Source: Neoechinorhynchus agilis
Taxonomy: Eukaryota > Animalia > Acanthocephala
Direction of reading: 5' to 3'
Assembly: GCA_051530055.1 (NCBI GenBank)
Contig: CM121343.1
Coordinates: 5,736,389-5,800,388, forward strand
DNA length: 64,000 bases
Shown here: positions 10,860-23,649 of the stretch, in pieces
Layout of the letters: each line of letters starts with the position of its first letter
How positions within the stretch are numbered: position 1 is the first letter of the stretch
The notes under the pieces: model-generated
Databases searched by the model: none
Seen by the model: the letters and a program-made list of their open reading frames with translations, nothing else
Told to the model about the DNA's origin: nothing
Program-made: the position numbers and the translations under genes

Positions 10860-12826
10860 CTTAAAAAAAGCGTCAGGCCATTCGATGGGGAATTACCCTG
10901 CAAAAATTAAACTAATTTCAAACTTCGCATTGAGTAATACTTCGATAACGTCAATTGGCTTAATGGAATTCACTAAATTTAGCAGAATCCGCTGTGTCTA
11001 TCCGACAAATGCTTTATTGATTAAGTAGCCAATAAAAAAAGATTTTGCGTTTATTGGTTGTTGAAAAAAGCACCCTAAATTAGTAACATTGATCTTCCAG
11101 CTTTTTCTTGAAGATTTGCACCACAGCTTCATCTACTCGAAGCAGCTCGGAGTGATCGCGAACTGAAACTTTATGATCACAATCAATGACGAAAATGGAC
11201 GCCGAAACGTCCCCATTCCTTAGGGAAACCAAATTTATACTTTAGTGCAAGCGAAGATTCCTGCAGGTAAAAAAGGAATCTTAAGCGTGGACGGTCCAGC
11301 ATTTCTTTCGTATTGGAAACAAATAGCGCCTATGGATATCTAAAATCTTCATTTTGTTTAGAAAGCGGTTATTCTTCGGATTTTTTAGATGACGGTGGAT
11401 TTAAAATGTTAAGTCTCCTTTTTTTGTTGCCAGAGGACGCTTTCTTGGTAAATCAGAGGTTTAGTTTCTTCTCCTTTTGAGAAACAAATAATTTTCAATT
11501 TTGAAATTGTACTAGTAAAGCAATCAGCCAATCATTTGATAACGTAAACATTGTTTTCCCGATTTCTTACTTAAATGTAAGAAGATTGGTCAATTTTGAA
11601 TAACGAACTTTTCCGTCACTTTTTCAAGACAAAGAACAAGGATAAATGAATTCAAACCAATCTATTAATTTCTTCAGTGTTATTTAATTGTTGTGTGGTG
11701 GCGACGAAAATTATGTAAATTTATTAAATCGATATTTCGGCTCAATCAAGAGTCTTTATCAAGATTGTTTCGCAAGTTTTTCACTTCAACGTTTGTCGCC
11801 ACTACACAACAATCACGAGCAGCTTCATTTTTCAAGTTATTTAATTATCGAAACAAATGTCGATCTCCAAATCTTTAGTGTTTACAAGCCCAAGGAACTC
11901 GAGATTTTAAATCCCGAATGAACTGAACCCCTCGAAGGAAAAACTCGATCGAAATAAGATCTTAATTTTGCCGTCGCGTTATCATTTGCCTGAGACCCAA
12001 TTGATCGTTTCATCATGCATTTATTCTATCATCGTTCATTGGTGGATCGATTTCCTATTTACACTGTGGTTGATGTCTGAGCCTAAAAATTAGCCTTTCT
12101 CGTATTGAAACTTAACGAGTCCATCCAGTCTTCGCTGTCTAAATCGGGTTTCATCGCTCGATTCAGTTGATTAATCGAAATAATTGCCATTTAATTGGGG
12201 ATTTGATGTAAGGTTGAAATTTCCGATTTAAAGAAGTTCGCAATTGGATACTTTTAAGGTATAGTAAATTGCCTTTGCCTATTAAGATTCTCCATTACGC
12301 CTCTACCATCTAATTTTGCCGACGTATTTCAAATTATATACATCAGGTCTGATAATATTAGAATATAATAATAATATGCTTTATGTTGTCACAGCATGGT
12401 GATTGATTTTGACATCGTGAAATCCAATAAAAAATTGGAGATTTTACGTAAGTCCTCGTATTCTTTAAAAAATATTCTGACTTTAAAGGCTCCATTTTTA
12501 AAGGAATCACAATGCAATTTCGTAAGACGTTGAAACACATAGTAACAACATGTGAACCACGGCTAATCCAAATTTGAAAGGAATAAAAATTGTATAAAAT
12601 AGGGAAATTTCCTGCTCATGATCGAGTTTGAACAAATATGATAAAAAATGTTGCTTAGTGAAGCGATAAATACCGGCAATCCTCAGAGAAAGTAATGTAG
12701 GGAATCTATTCACGTAACTAAACTGCAATGTCGTCGTTTGGCCGCATCCGATTCAAGGATTGGTCAGGCTTATATTTTATGTGAGTGAATGAGGCCTTTA
12801 AACCCACAGGAGTGTTACCGAGATCT

Positions 12827-12995
12827 TCTCTAGTATGTGGAATTATTGTTTAGAAGTGTACACCCGCGGTAAATGATTATTTCGATTAAAGAGACATTCC
12901 GAACCTTTTCCCGCGAGTGTAGACTTCTAAACAATAATTCTCTAATCACATTCCCCCCGGTACCTCCTCGCACATATCGACATCTCTAGTATGTG
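12827..12995 (+). mobile_element. Foldback element A1 (internally deleted), with 13-bp TSD
   Basis: TCTCTAGTATGTG at 12827-12839 and 12983-12995; arms GAATTATTGTTTAGAAGT / ACTTCTAAACAATAATTC; 42-nt tail ending ...CCTCCTCGCACATATCGACA, shared with A2-A4. Confidence 0.85.
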
Positions 12996-13030
12996 TTCTT
13001 TGGTGATTATAAAAATAGAGACTGATTTAT

Positions 13031-13073
13031 TGATCTCAATATTTCATCCGTCTCATCGGACTTCTTCGGATCA
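13031..13073 (-). ncRNA. Hammerhead relic (U4C) downstream of a PLE GIY-YIG fragment
   Basis: UGAUC-CCGAAGA-A-GUCCG-AUGAGA-CGGAU-GAAA-UA-UU-GAGAUCA. Confidence 0.65.
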
Positions 13074-13149
13074 GGTAGGGCAGGGTGGCTTTATCCTGAG
13101 TTTTAGCCTATAATCCGCCTTATTTGATTAGAGTGTATCATGGTGGTCT

Positions 13150-13642
13150 ATTTACATCGCTCCAATGATCATTATGGAACACCTCCACCAAATAAATAAT
13201 TCAACGATCACCCGTGTATATCGATCGTCACTCCGCATCAGTACACTGGCGTTGTCAAAATCAATCTCGTGGTTTGATGTTGAGTGACTCACCACTGCCG
13301 AGCTTTTGTCCGTTTTCTTGTTGTCAGCGTTTAGATGCTCACCAAACTTGCGTCGTAGATTGTTAGTCTGCCCAATATAGACTTATGGACAGTCTCTGCA
13401 AGGTAACTCATAGACCGATGGTGGGCTCGCCGGAGTTCCACTCTCCGCCTATTGTGGATCACCATTGGGATTTCCACCAGTCCCTGCTGCCTATCAATGT
13501 TCAGGGTTCGTAACAAATCTGCCAGGAAAGCGTAATGGCCCTCGAAGTCCCAACCGACATAGTTCTGCTGGGTAGTCCCGTATTTTAGTTTCCCACTACG
13601 GGGAAGCGTGGTTGGATTTCCGACATCGTCGTCGTTGGCCAC
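13150..13642 (-). mobile_element. Decayed Penelope-like element (linker plus GIY-YIG C-terminal part); a second piece lies at ~13845-13905
   Basis: Frameshifted translation DKSSAV.../SNHEIDFDNASVLMRSDDRYTRVIVELFIW resembles PLE endonuclease ends; an HHR relic follows ~100 nt downstream. Confidence 0.65.
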
Positions 13643-14859
13643 CTCGGATTCGTCAGGGTTTTCTTCTATGTGTTCCTGAGTGGGAGATCAATCCAATTTG
13701 ATTCATTATATTGCTTTCCATCACCAAAGGAAGAGCAGGCTATGATTACCCACGAGTGTTATCGCGATCATCTCCTGTGATCTAGTTGATTAGCAGGAAA
13801 TCATCATGGTCCATTGCAAAACTAGAAGTTGAAACGATGGTGAGCACTCGTCGCCGGAGTCCCAGTCTCCGCAGATTCTAGATCACCATTGGGACCTCGA
13901 AAAGTGCCTCTTATGGATCCCTCATTTTAGCACATAGATTCAATCCAAATGCACATGATCATGATTTTATTTATTTCAAACCCAACCGTCTCTCTCTAAT
14001 ACAACTATTTTATTCTGGGTACAACGCGGATGCATCATTCTAGCTATTTCCTATTTGAATTTAATTTATCTTTATGATTTAATTTTAAATTGTGTTAAAA
14101 GCAACTTCTTAACCCCCTCTTTTATTAAAAGACCTTCTATGTGCAAGGAGGCGAATCTCGTATGCAAAAAGGGCATTAGTTCCAACCTCCTCAGTCACCA
14201 TTAAAAGATTTTATGTCACCAAACTGTATTTCCAAATTGAAAAAATCGAGCTTTCTTTTCTAGGCATGGTTTTTATCCTAGAGACCTTCTTGGATAGGTG
14301 CCTTATTAGTTGGATGGCTAAAGTTGTGAGTTGGATAAGAGAAATTTACTATCCGAAGATTATTGAGCAGATATTACTTTCTTTTTAAAGGAAAAATCAT
14401 TTACTTTGCACTTTAATATGGATGAATTTATTGCAGCTTCGAAACCCAACAAGTGTAGATATTTTAACTGTAGATCTGCAAAAAATTTAAGGCTAAGTTG
14501 GACTTTAAAGACTTCTTAAAGTTCAGTTAAGAACGTAGTTATTCCGAACTAAAATGGTGCAAACAATCAACTCATTTACGTCCTTAAAATAGCAATACAA
14601 AATCGCATCATATCGTTATTAGTCGCAGTTTAGTGCACATTCTCTTTTAGCTTATTATTTCCATTCTATAGATGAGAGGACGAATATAAATAAATTTTTA
14701 ATTCGACTTCGATGTTTTAGACAAGAAGTTTTATTTTTAATTACCTCTTAATATGACTTATAAGATTCAATACTTGGTAGAATCAAAATCTTTTTACTCC
14801 AAATACAGAATTCCGCAGGGATCACTTCTTTCGCCTACACTATTTTTATAGCAACATTT

Positions 14860-15060
14860 TGGGATACATTAATAGTGCCCAATGAGGAAGTGCGAAAGCA
14901 GTTTGCTGTCGAGCCGATCGAGGAAGCAATCGCTAAGAGACGGATACGATGGTACCTACAGGTGACACAATCAGATGAAGACGCAGCTCGAGGGGAAGGC
15001 CCAAGAAGAGGTGGAAGGACAGTGTGAGCAGAGATTTCAAGACGTTGGGAAAGAAAAACA
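14860..15060 (+). mobile_element. 3' remnant of an RTE-like LINE ORF
   Basis: PNEEVRKQFAVEPIEEAIAKRRIRW then, after a frameshift, GRPKKRWKDSVSRD: the characteristic post-RT C-terminal motif of RTE-type LINEs. Confidence 0.75.
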
Positions 15061-15687
15061 AAGACGAAAACCGACAATGCTGAAAAGAACGATCTCTCAA
15101 GTGAGAGAAAAGTTCAAAGAAATGTTGTTAGGATACATTAATGGTCTATTCAGTTTTTGAAATAAAATCAGATAAAGATTCCAATAATGCGCACTATAGA
15201 TCAGTGATGGAGCAGGGATCTATCAACTACAAGAGACAGTGAATACAGAGCGGGATGAAAGGTTGATGGAGTTTTAATTTTTTTCTTTGATCCTTAGCCT
15301 GATTGCGCAGGTTCTTTTTAAATATTTCTAAAGGCAGCACTGAGAAACTGACGGACTTAGTCTTGCTATTCTGCCTCGATCAACCCTTACGAAAATTCCG
15401 ATAAAATCTATATCAGACGAATGACAATGTGTGTGTGTTGTTGAATCAATTTATAATGCGTGTGGCCTTGTTTAAATTAAACGCAAAAGAACTTATTTGA
15501 TACGGTTTAGGTGAAGTAGTCCCAAGATTTCCCAACTATTCTTTAGTTTCATTATTATGAGAACAAAAGTCCTTTCGGTTAAGAACTAACCAAAGTCACA
15601 TCAGGCGACTTAAATAATTAAAAGTGGCAGGGTAAAAAACGAGACTTTCTTATAGCAATATTCCTAAAGGGAGATAGCCAACTAAGA

Positions 15688-15849
15688 GAAAATCCTTCGC
15701 GATGCTGGATATGTGGTGATCATAATACCCCCAGGACAGAGAATGTTTTATTGATTTTAGATGCATTTAAAAACAACAACCAATGAGACTTCTTCTTTCG
15801 AAATATTCAATAAAATATTTTTCATCCGCTGGGATTATGATCACCACGT
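15688..15849. mobile_element. Degenerate foldback element C1 with an HHR relic
   Basis: Inverted arms GTGGTGATCATAAT...TTTTATTGA (15713-15753) and TCAATAAAA...ATTATGATCACCAC (15807-15847); internal ATGAGACTTCTTCTTTCGAAATATT; no TSD found. Confidence 0.6.
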
Positions 15850-15991
15850 CTAGAATTGTATGCTTAATCGTTTGATTTAGTTTGTCATTTCATAGATACA
15901 AAGTACTCACCGGGTCTAACCAAGTATCACAGAAACATTTACTACACCCTTACGAAATTCATTAAGGTCTTGACCGGCTCTTATATTTTGA

Positions 15992-17423
15992 TTAATCTCT
16001 TCTTCGGAACAATACTGCTGGAATTTGTTTGTCCTTGTGGCAGTTATCGCATACCCATATAGCATATCTCTCGGCTTTGAGTGCAAGAGCAGCTTCTTTG
16101 GTTAGACCGACACATTCTCGATGATAAAAAAAATCGCAGCCTCCTTCGCATAGTATTGAGTCATCTGGGTCCCCTTCAGCGGGTTGACGGCATACTCCGC
16201 ACAATAGCACCGGCGGGGCATTTGGGTTCACGGTATTTATCAGCATATTTTGTTTTAACATAAGTTTCAATGGTAAAGAATTATTCATAAGAAACCTATG
16301 TACTGGGCTGTCATAATGTGTCTAGGATACTGCGGGAGATGATGTCTAGCAAACGGTAAAACGTATTGACCGGAAGGGTGCAACTGAACAACGCTATCTT
16401 TGTTCGTAATGCTGCGATCTGGCAGCATTGGTGGTGGCGGTGGCAGTGGTGGTTGTTGTTGCATAGCGTTTTGGTGAGGCGCAAAAGGTGGAGGGATAAA
16501 CGGGATCATTCTAGGAGAGGGCAAAATAGCACTGCTGACTGACCTAAGATGTGGCGTTTGATCAGATAAACAAGGTGGGTTGTTAGCTAACAACATTTCA
16601 GTTCCAACGAAGCACTGCCTTGAATGCTGTTGGTGATTATTAGGATTATACATATCGAAAGTTGCCTGGTAACTGCTATAAGCTGGAGATACACCTCCCG
16701 TGATCAATTGCTGCTCCCGAAGGTTGGCGGATATTACGCAAGGATTCTCGGTTGGATGTTGTTGTTGAATGTGTTGCATCATGTGCCTTGAGTTAGTTGA
16801 CTCGTATATCTGCTCGTTGGGAGCTTCTGACGATGCCACGATGCTCATGGCCTGAGTGTTCATCATATCGGTGGCGTACGTAATATCGCTATTAAAGCAA
16901 GTGCTGTCCTGAGTCATCAAGTGCAAGAAATATCGATTTAGAAAAATCGGAACCACACACCACGAAACTAAATAAGGAGCGCAGACGCACATTCCTATTA
17001 GAAACCACGGAGGTCCTCCTCGGAATGCTTTCGACCATGTACGTCGAGCTGCGTAAAGACGGCACCAGACTAATAATGCTCCCATTATCGATATTCCTTG
17101 ACGAGTATAAAATCCATATGCGAAGCAGAGAGTCCGCCACAAGTAGTGTTGTTGTTGGTCGCCATTGCGTACCGTTGATTGTCGATTCCCGAAAGGGATG
17201 AAACGAATGAAGCCGTACCTATGACGCCCGATAGATTATTGCTTATTGTGATGGTCGTCGCGTTTTGTTCAGCGTAATTCAATTGGGTTTTCTCGTCGTC
17301 TTCTTCGCTGACGGGAGGAAGCGATCCCGACTCTTCTTGAGGACCGTTGCCATCGGATGTGCTAGGACTCGATATACTCGGATCACCTGGCATCCTGAGC
17401 ATTCCAGAAGGGGACGTCGACAA
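15992..17423 (-). CDS. pygo: Pygopus (Pro/Gln-rich N-terminal region plus C-terminal Pygo-type PHD finger); first ATG at 17402; probable intron 17172-16889; junction to the PHD frame unresolved
   Basis: CGVC...DDSILCEGGCDFFYHRECVGLTKEAALALKAERYAIWVCDNC is the Pygo PHD signature, located at the C-terminus. Confidence 0.8.
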
Positions 17424-17550
17424 GTGATAGTCGTTATAATTGTCCCGAGTCTGTGAGGAACCTGTATGTGGTTTGGCAATGTCAAACCGATGATCAACTG
17501 ACGGCTATTGGCGTGTTAAGGAACCTCGACTACTAGCAGAGCCATCGAAA

Positions 17551-17571
17551 CAACAACAACAACAACAACAA
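17551..17571. repeat. (CAA)n microsatellite upstream of pygopus (also in the duplicate at ~35519-35540)
   Basis: Direct reading. Confidence 0.9.
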
Positions 17572-18170
17572 ATTAGCTACTGCAAATAGCTAAAACGAAC
17601 ACAAACACACGTTTTGCCTGAACCAAAAGCAATTAAAGTCGGGGGAGTGGGGCAAACGCATTCCGACGATTTTACCCACACTTCCTCTGGTGCATTTCGG
17701 AGAAAAGCATTTCCGGGGAAATGGAAAACAAAGATGTTCCTCCGTTGAGGGCGATTGGAATACGTTATCGCGTAAGATTCTCAGTATCCGCGAAACATCT
17801 AATTGAGGACCCAAGTACCATCGCCGGAAAACTTAAAGCCTCCTAATGCACGGAACCTTGGCGAAACGGAAATAGCGCAGACAAGCCGTTCCCAATGCTA
17901 TCAATCTTTTCATATGGTGCCAAGCTATCAATTGCCTCTCTCGCTCGCTCCTCTACACTTGGCTAAATAGCTGTCTAATAGGACCATCTATAAAAACAAT
18001 GGGGAACAAGCCTTGAAATTGATAAATTTCGCAAATATTCAGGTCAGATTTCTCAAGGACTCGATCCTGGACGAAATCATCATAAAAACGGTACAAATGG
18101 ATACTTGGTGCTTTGCTCAAAGGTCTACGTTTTCCTTGGAATATTCCAATAATTCCAAAGCGATGGCAAT

Positions 18171-18397
18171 GTCGATATGTGAAAGGAGGTTCCGGGGAAT
18201 GTGATTAGACTTATTTTCTAGAAGTCTTTACCCGGTAAATGGTTTTTTCGATTAAAGACGTTCTGTGAACCTTGTCAGGTTCATCATCCTTGTTCAAAAC
18301 TTACTAACAAACTAAGATGATGAATCCCTTACGAGGTTCGCAGAACGTCTTAAATAAAAACCAATTTTCCAAGTGAAGACTTCCAAACAATAATTCC
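18171..18397 (-). mobile_element. Foldback element A2 (two antiparallel HHR-derived arms with altered cores)
   Basis: Tail GTCGATATG...GGGAATGTGATTAG followed by a ~190-nt imperfect palindrome; flanking direct repeat CAATAATTCCAAAGCG(A/G)TGG at 18147-18166 and 18388-18407. Confidence 0.85.
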
Positions 18398-18733
18398 AAA
18401 GCGGTGGTTAACCTTTTAAAAGTCAAGAAGGCGACTAAGAACAAAAGGCACTCTGGATGCTTCTTACCCGATGTACCGTGCATTTCAGCATCTCCCTCCT
18501 GTGACATTGCGATTAGAACTGAATGAAGCGTTCACGAATCTTAAACCGCTCTCTCGTTCTGAAAATAGTCACATCGCCCGAATTTCAGCGATCAGCGTGT
18601 CTTTCTGACTGCTGCTGTCGTTTTGGTACGTCTATAAAGGTAATGACGGAGAAATCATAGCCGATTTTTCAGTAGGATTAAATCACACAATCGAGATTGT
18701 GCCGGAGAAATATCGATTTTTCAAACTTCATTC

Positions 18734-20258
18734 GGATCCTTAAATACCCCCGAGGAGGCGGGACTCATCAGTGAGTTTCCACTTTTTTAAAGTGTTCAAG
18801 TGACCATAATTAAAAGGCTGATTATTTTGCTTGGACATACAGCCCTCCGATTCATTGGTCAGGGAAACTCATGAAATTACTTGATGCCCTGAACCATGAA
18901 GTTATGAGTTTTGTATGCATCCCTCCGGATCCTTAAATACCCCCGAAGAGGCGGGACTCATCAGTGAGTTTCCACTTTTTAAAATGTTCAAGTGACCATA
19001 ATTAAAAGGCTGATTATTTTGCTTGGACATACCCCCGATTCATTGGTAGGGCTCATGAAATTACTTGATGCTGTGCGGTTATGAGTTTTGTACGCATCCC
19101 TCCGGATCCTTAAATACCCCCGAGGAGGCGGGACTCATCAGTGAGTTTCCACTTTTTTAAAGTGTTCAAGTGATCATAATTAAAAGGCTGATTATTTTGC
19201 TTGGACATACAACCCACCGATTCATTGGTCAGGGAAACTCATGAAATTACTTGATGCCCTGAACCATGCGGTTATGAGTTTTGTACGCATCCCTCCGGAT
19301 CCTCAAATACCCCCGAGGAGGCGGGACTCATCAGTGAGTTTCCACTTTTTTAAAGTGTTCAAGTGATCATAATTAAAAGGCTGATTATTTTGCTTGGACT
19401 CACCCGATTTGGGAAACTCTGAATCTTGATGCCTGACATGTTATGAGTTTTACATCCCGATCCTAAATCGAGGAGGCGGGCTCATCGTGGTTTCCTTTTT
19501 TAGTGTTCAGTGACATTAAAGGCTGATTATTTTGCTTGGACATACAACCCACCGATTTATTGGTCAGGGAAACTCATGAAATTACTTGATGCCCTGAACC
19601 ATGCGGTTATGAGTTTTGTACGCATCCCTCCGGATCCTCAAATACCCCCGAGGAGGCGGGACTCATCAGTGAGTTTCCACTTTTTTAAAGTGTTCAAGTG
19701 ATCATAATTAAAAGGCTGATTATTTTGCTTGGACATACAACCCACCGATTCATTGGTCAGGGAAACTCATGAAATTACTTGATGCCCTGAACCATGCGGT
19801 TATGAGTTTTGTACGCATCCCTCCGGATCCTTAAATACCCCCGAGGAGGCGGGACTCATCAGTGAGTTTCCACTTTTTTAAAGTGTTCAAGTGACCATAA
19901 TTAAAAGGCTGATTATTTTGCTTGGACATACAGCCCTCCGATTCATTGGTAAGGGAAACTCATGAAATTACTTGATGCCCTGAACCATGCGGTTATGAGT
20001 TTTGTACGCATCCCTCCGGATCCTCAAATACCCCCGAGGAGGCGGGACTCATCAGTGAGTTTCCACTTTTTTTATGTGTTCAAGTGATCATAATTAAAAG
20101 GCTGATTATTTTGCTTGGACATACAACCCACCGATTCATTGGTCAGGGAAACTCATGAAATTACTTGATGCCCTGAACCATGCGGTTATGAGTTTTGTAC
20201 GCATCCCTCCGGATCCTTAAATACCTCCAGAGGAGGCGGGACTCATCAATGAGTTTCC
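18734..20258. repeat. Tandem array, ~8 x 193 bp (units 2, 4 and 5 shortened by scattered deletions)
   Basis: GGATCCT(T/C)AAATAC recurs at 18734, 18927, 19104, 19297, ~19459, 19632, 19825, 20018 and 20211. Confidence 0.95.
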
Positions 20259-20770
20259 TCCTCCCGTCAGTTGTATGTCGTCCCCGGCCATTGTCTTAGT
20301 CTGAAGTCTACTGCGTTACGATGTTTTTGTTGACGCTTTCCTAATTTTTTGGACTAGAGTTGTGGAAAAGGCTATCCGAAAAAGAGTAATAAATGTGCTG
20401 CAAAATCAGTAGGATTTAAGGTAAATGGCGAGACGTGACTATTATCTTTCAACTTCCCTTTTTCTAGATTCCCGAAATGCAAATAGTCTTAAAAAGTGAA
20501 CAGGTAGTTCTATAACGATCAAAACGCTGTTTCCCTTTCAGAGATAATTTTTCTTTATAAAATCGCAGTGCTTCAAAGTGCTTTAAGCAGTAGTAAGAGC
20601 TGCAGTCTTTTTCAATAGACCGTTGTTCAATGCAGCTCCTTTGCATGTTAGGGCATTTTAAATTCATTCATTATATTCCGGTACTAAAAAGATCCATTAT
20701 TTTGTACGAAGAGTGTCGAAAAGTGAGCAGGTTACAATCGTAATGTCTTTTAGTTATACACAAGAGTTGC

Positions 20771-22177
20771 TTATTGATTTGACGTTAATTTGGCGCTGCG
20801 TCCCCAAGTTGCTATGACAAAGTCATTGATATTACTGTCGCCCTGTTCAATCTTGAAAAACCCATCTTCGCCCCATTCAGTTCCCCAAGAATTGGCGCAT
20901 AGCCAATACTTCAATCTACTCTCTGATTCTCCCCAACCGACTATCCTGACCGAATGATAATCACAAAGATCATGATCACCCGCAAACATTCTCCTATATA
21001 TGCCTCTGGAGTATTGATAGAAATCAGGACAAACTAACATCGTAGCTTGTACTGGTCCATGATGGTAAAGTTCGTACTGGATCAATTTAGCCTCACTGCT
21101 AACTTTATAGGCTGGACTGAACTTGTACAATTGTTTGTTTGATTCCCCAATGTTGGGACAATGTGAAAGACTTGCATTTTCCTTTAAGGAATCATTATCG
21201 TTTTCATCGACTGCAACATTGCACGATCCGATGTTTTTGGTGTCACCTGATCTATACAGGTAACAATTTTCTTTCAATGTTCCCACATCTTTTAGAAATC
21301 CCCAAGCATGGTCAATGCGGCCTGCTCTGCATCCCTCTTTAGCAGTTCTGTGAGTACAGGAAAGGACGAATTGTAAAGACAAGTCGATATGATGGTGGGA
21401 GTTACTGTCTCTCGTTAAACGGTCAGCTGCAACATCCAGCGCCGATAAGGCCCAACTTGCACCACAACTCTTCTGATCTCTGATATCACCAATGAGCCAG
21501 CCCGCATCTCGGGCATTCCAATGGCTTGGTGGTTCAAATGTGTATATGCGATCATCGGGTTCCGTTAAAGTATACATTTCCATCCTTTTTTTATCTTCGT
21601 CTCTCATGATAGTCCCTAGGGTGTACGTTCTCAGTTCACTCAACTTCTTTTTATTCCACCTGTCATAAGAAACCGCGGTCCATGTTCTTTCTTTAACAAT
21701 GGAAGTATCAGCAATATTATTGATGGAATCAATCAGGAATTGATCATTTGCGCATTTATCCTCTTCACATGTAAGAATATTCTCCCCGTTAAAGTGCTTG
21801 CATGTGCACTTGTTGCAATCGGAGTCAATTGAGGATCCGAGTGGCACCAGCAGCGAACCGTGAGATGCCACGCAAACGTGGTTTGGTGGTATCGTTGGTT
21901 CTTGATATTCTTCAGCGAACACAATGGGATGCTTATGTTGTACGTTTAGACACGTAGAATCGTAATCAGGGCAACAATCGTGATCCTGGGCTGAACGAAA
22001 GCAGAATGAGTCGCAATAGCACTTTGAGTCATAGTACGGCATAAAGGCATCATCGTCTCTACCTTCCACACATTTGACCGCCGCGATTTCGCAGTAAGGT
22101 TGAACCGTCTCCCACTCTGCATACCTGCAGTAAATTCCGCTTAAAAGAAAAGCGCTAATCCACAAAGAAAAAAACAT
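20771..22177 (-). CDS. TINAGL1: Tubulointerstitial nephritis antigen-like secreted protein (SMB domain plus inactive cathepsin-B-like C1A domain), intronless
   Basis: Signal peptide; CYCDSFC...DCCPDY SMB motif; QKSCGASW (catalytic Cys replaced by Ser, as in TINAG/Swim); HSVRIVGWG; ANSWG. Confidence 0.9.
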   Translation of the reverse strand: MFFSLWISAFLLSGIYCRYAEWETVQPYCEIAAVKCVEGRDDDAFMPYYDSKCYCDSFCFRSAQDHDCCPDYDSTCLNVQHKHPIVFAEEYQEPTIPPNHVCVASHGSLLVPLGSSIDSDCNKCTCKHFNGENILTCEEDKCANDQFLIDSINNIADTSIVKERTWTAVSYDRWNKKKLSELRTYTLGTIMRDEDKKRMEMYTLTEPDDRIYTFEPPSHWNARDAGWLIGDIRDQKSCGASWALSALDVAADRLTRDSNSHHHIDLSLQFVLSCTHRTAKEGCRAGRIDHAWGFLKDVGTLKENCYLYRSGDTKNIGSCNVAVDENDNDSLKENASLSHCPNIGESNKQLYKFSPAYKVSSEAKLIQYELYHHGPVQATMLVCPDFYQYSRGIYRRMFAGDHDLCDYHSVRIVGWGESESRLKYWLCANSWGTEWGEDGFFKIEQGDSNINDFVIATWGRSAKLTSNQ

Positions 22178-22535
22178 TCCGCCCGTCTAGTCGACTAAGA
22201 CGTGTGAGGGATTTGAAAGTAGAATCAAGAAACGGTAACTACAATCTTTCTCCCTGTGATGAATATACTCCTTTTCTAAAGTTGACATTTTCGTGCGCAT
22301 ACGTGTTCCTTCGGTCTCTCACTAACAGTCGCGCAAAAAAGGTTGACTCTTCAAGATTTTAATTCATGGAAAACTTTCTGACTAAACGATGACATAAGGC
22401 AAAATAGGCATTTAAATTAAAACATAATTGTTACGCCGAAACTACAACAGCGAGGCTTTAGCGTGTAGTGTAAATATTGCAAGCATTTCAAGCTGTTCAA
22501 TGAAAATACAACCATTTTTTTCGGCAATCTTACAG

Positions 22536-23117
22536 CTAAGATCTTTTGAACATTGGACCGTTTGAAAATTCATACATCATTGCGTTAGCGATGTAAAGAT
22601 CAATGTCACTGGTAACCCGACCTAGTCGAGCAATGTCAGCGAATGGAGGAATCGCTGTAGACTGCTGTGCTGGTACGCGTTGAAACCGTTGAGGAACGGG
22701 TAGCGCATGAGGATTCATCATGAATCGGAATTGATGAGACGCATGATTCCATGGAAATACTGGTTGATTTGGGAATCTGTACCGGTTGAGGAGAGGGTCT
22801 TGAGGATTTATATAAGGCCTTCGTTGGTAGGGTCTTGTCATTATATAGTTGTTGTGGATGAGCAAGTGTCGATGTCGTCGACTGTAGAGTGGTGGTGGTG
22901 GTGGTGGTGGCGGCGATTGGGGTGGCGGCTGCGGTGATCCGAGTCGGTAGCCAAAATTCTTCATTGTTTCTTCAAACTCCACCAATCCAAACACGCATCC
23001 AGCCGCAGCTAGAATTCGAGCGTTCAACCGAGTATGTATATGTGATGCCGCGTCTCTGTAGGAACTAGAGAAACAATATCGGTTCCTCGTCTTACGTTTA
23101 GTCCTCGATATTTTCAA
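22536..23117 (-). CDS. Possible proline-rich protein of unknown function
   Basis: 193-aa ORF with a poly-Pro tract; no recognised domain. Confidence 0.3.
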   Translation of the reverse strand: MKISRTKRKTRNRYCFSSSYRDAASHIHTRLNARILAAAGCVFGLVEFEETMKNFGYRLGSPQPPPQSPPPPPPPPLYSRRHRHLLIHNNYIMTRPYQRRPYINPQDPLLNRYRFPNQPVFPWNHASHQFRFMMNPHALPVPQRFQRVPAQQSTAIPPFADIARLGRVTSDIDLYIANAMMYEFSNGPMFKRS

Positions 23118-23649
23118 ACTGCACTTTTGACAAATACTGCGTGTATATTGTGCGGTGTGCGAGTGACTTGCACAGTTCTTCGATTTGATGACTAGTGCTT
23201 GGCTATGCCATCGGCGGATGAGTAAAATTTTAGTGTCATGCCTACGATTTCAGTTTCGGCAAAAAATCAATCTGCGAAAAACAAACCAAAAATTAAAAAT
23301 ACACAAACAATTGATCAGTCATGCATCCGGGGACGACCCTTCCAGATTTACTATTCGATTTTGTCAAATGGTCTATAAAGTAATCAAGATGATTCAAAGG
23401 CAATAATGGGATCGCTTCTTTGGAGAACATTTCTAACAGAGATTTGGATGTATATTTGATTACAGAAAGACGAATTATCAGTCTAGATAAGATGACGAAT
23501 TAGCTGAAATGGGATTAAGACACGAAATAATGTTATGCCATTGAATGAAGATGGAAACCGGACCTGATACTAAATGGCAAGAAATTTGTATTGAATAATA
23601 TATAATCAAATAAAAATAGTTATGCGCACTGCTCGTTCTACTGGGGCAA

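Noticed and set aside
11090-12750. Possible genes upstream of TBCD (short ORFs at 11688, 12358 and 12507)
   Set aside because: No recognisable domain or consistent exon chain; cannot be called without RNA data.
14150-14200. Minus-strand CUGAGGA near the PLE relic
   Set aside because: No GAAA at a usable distance.
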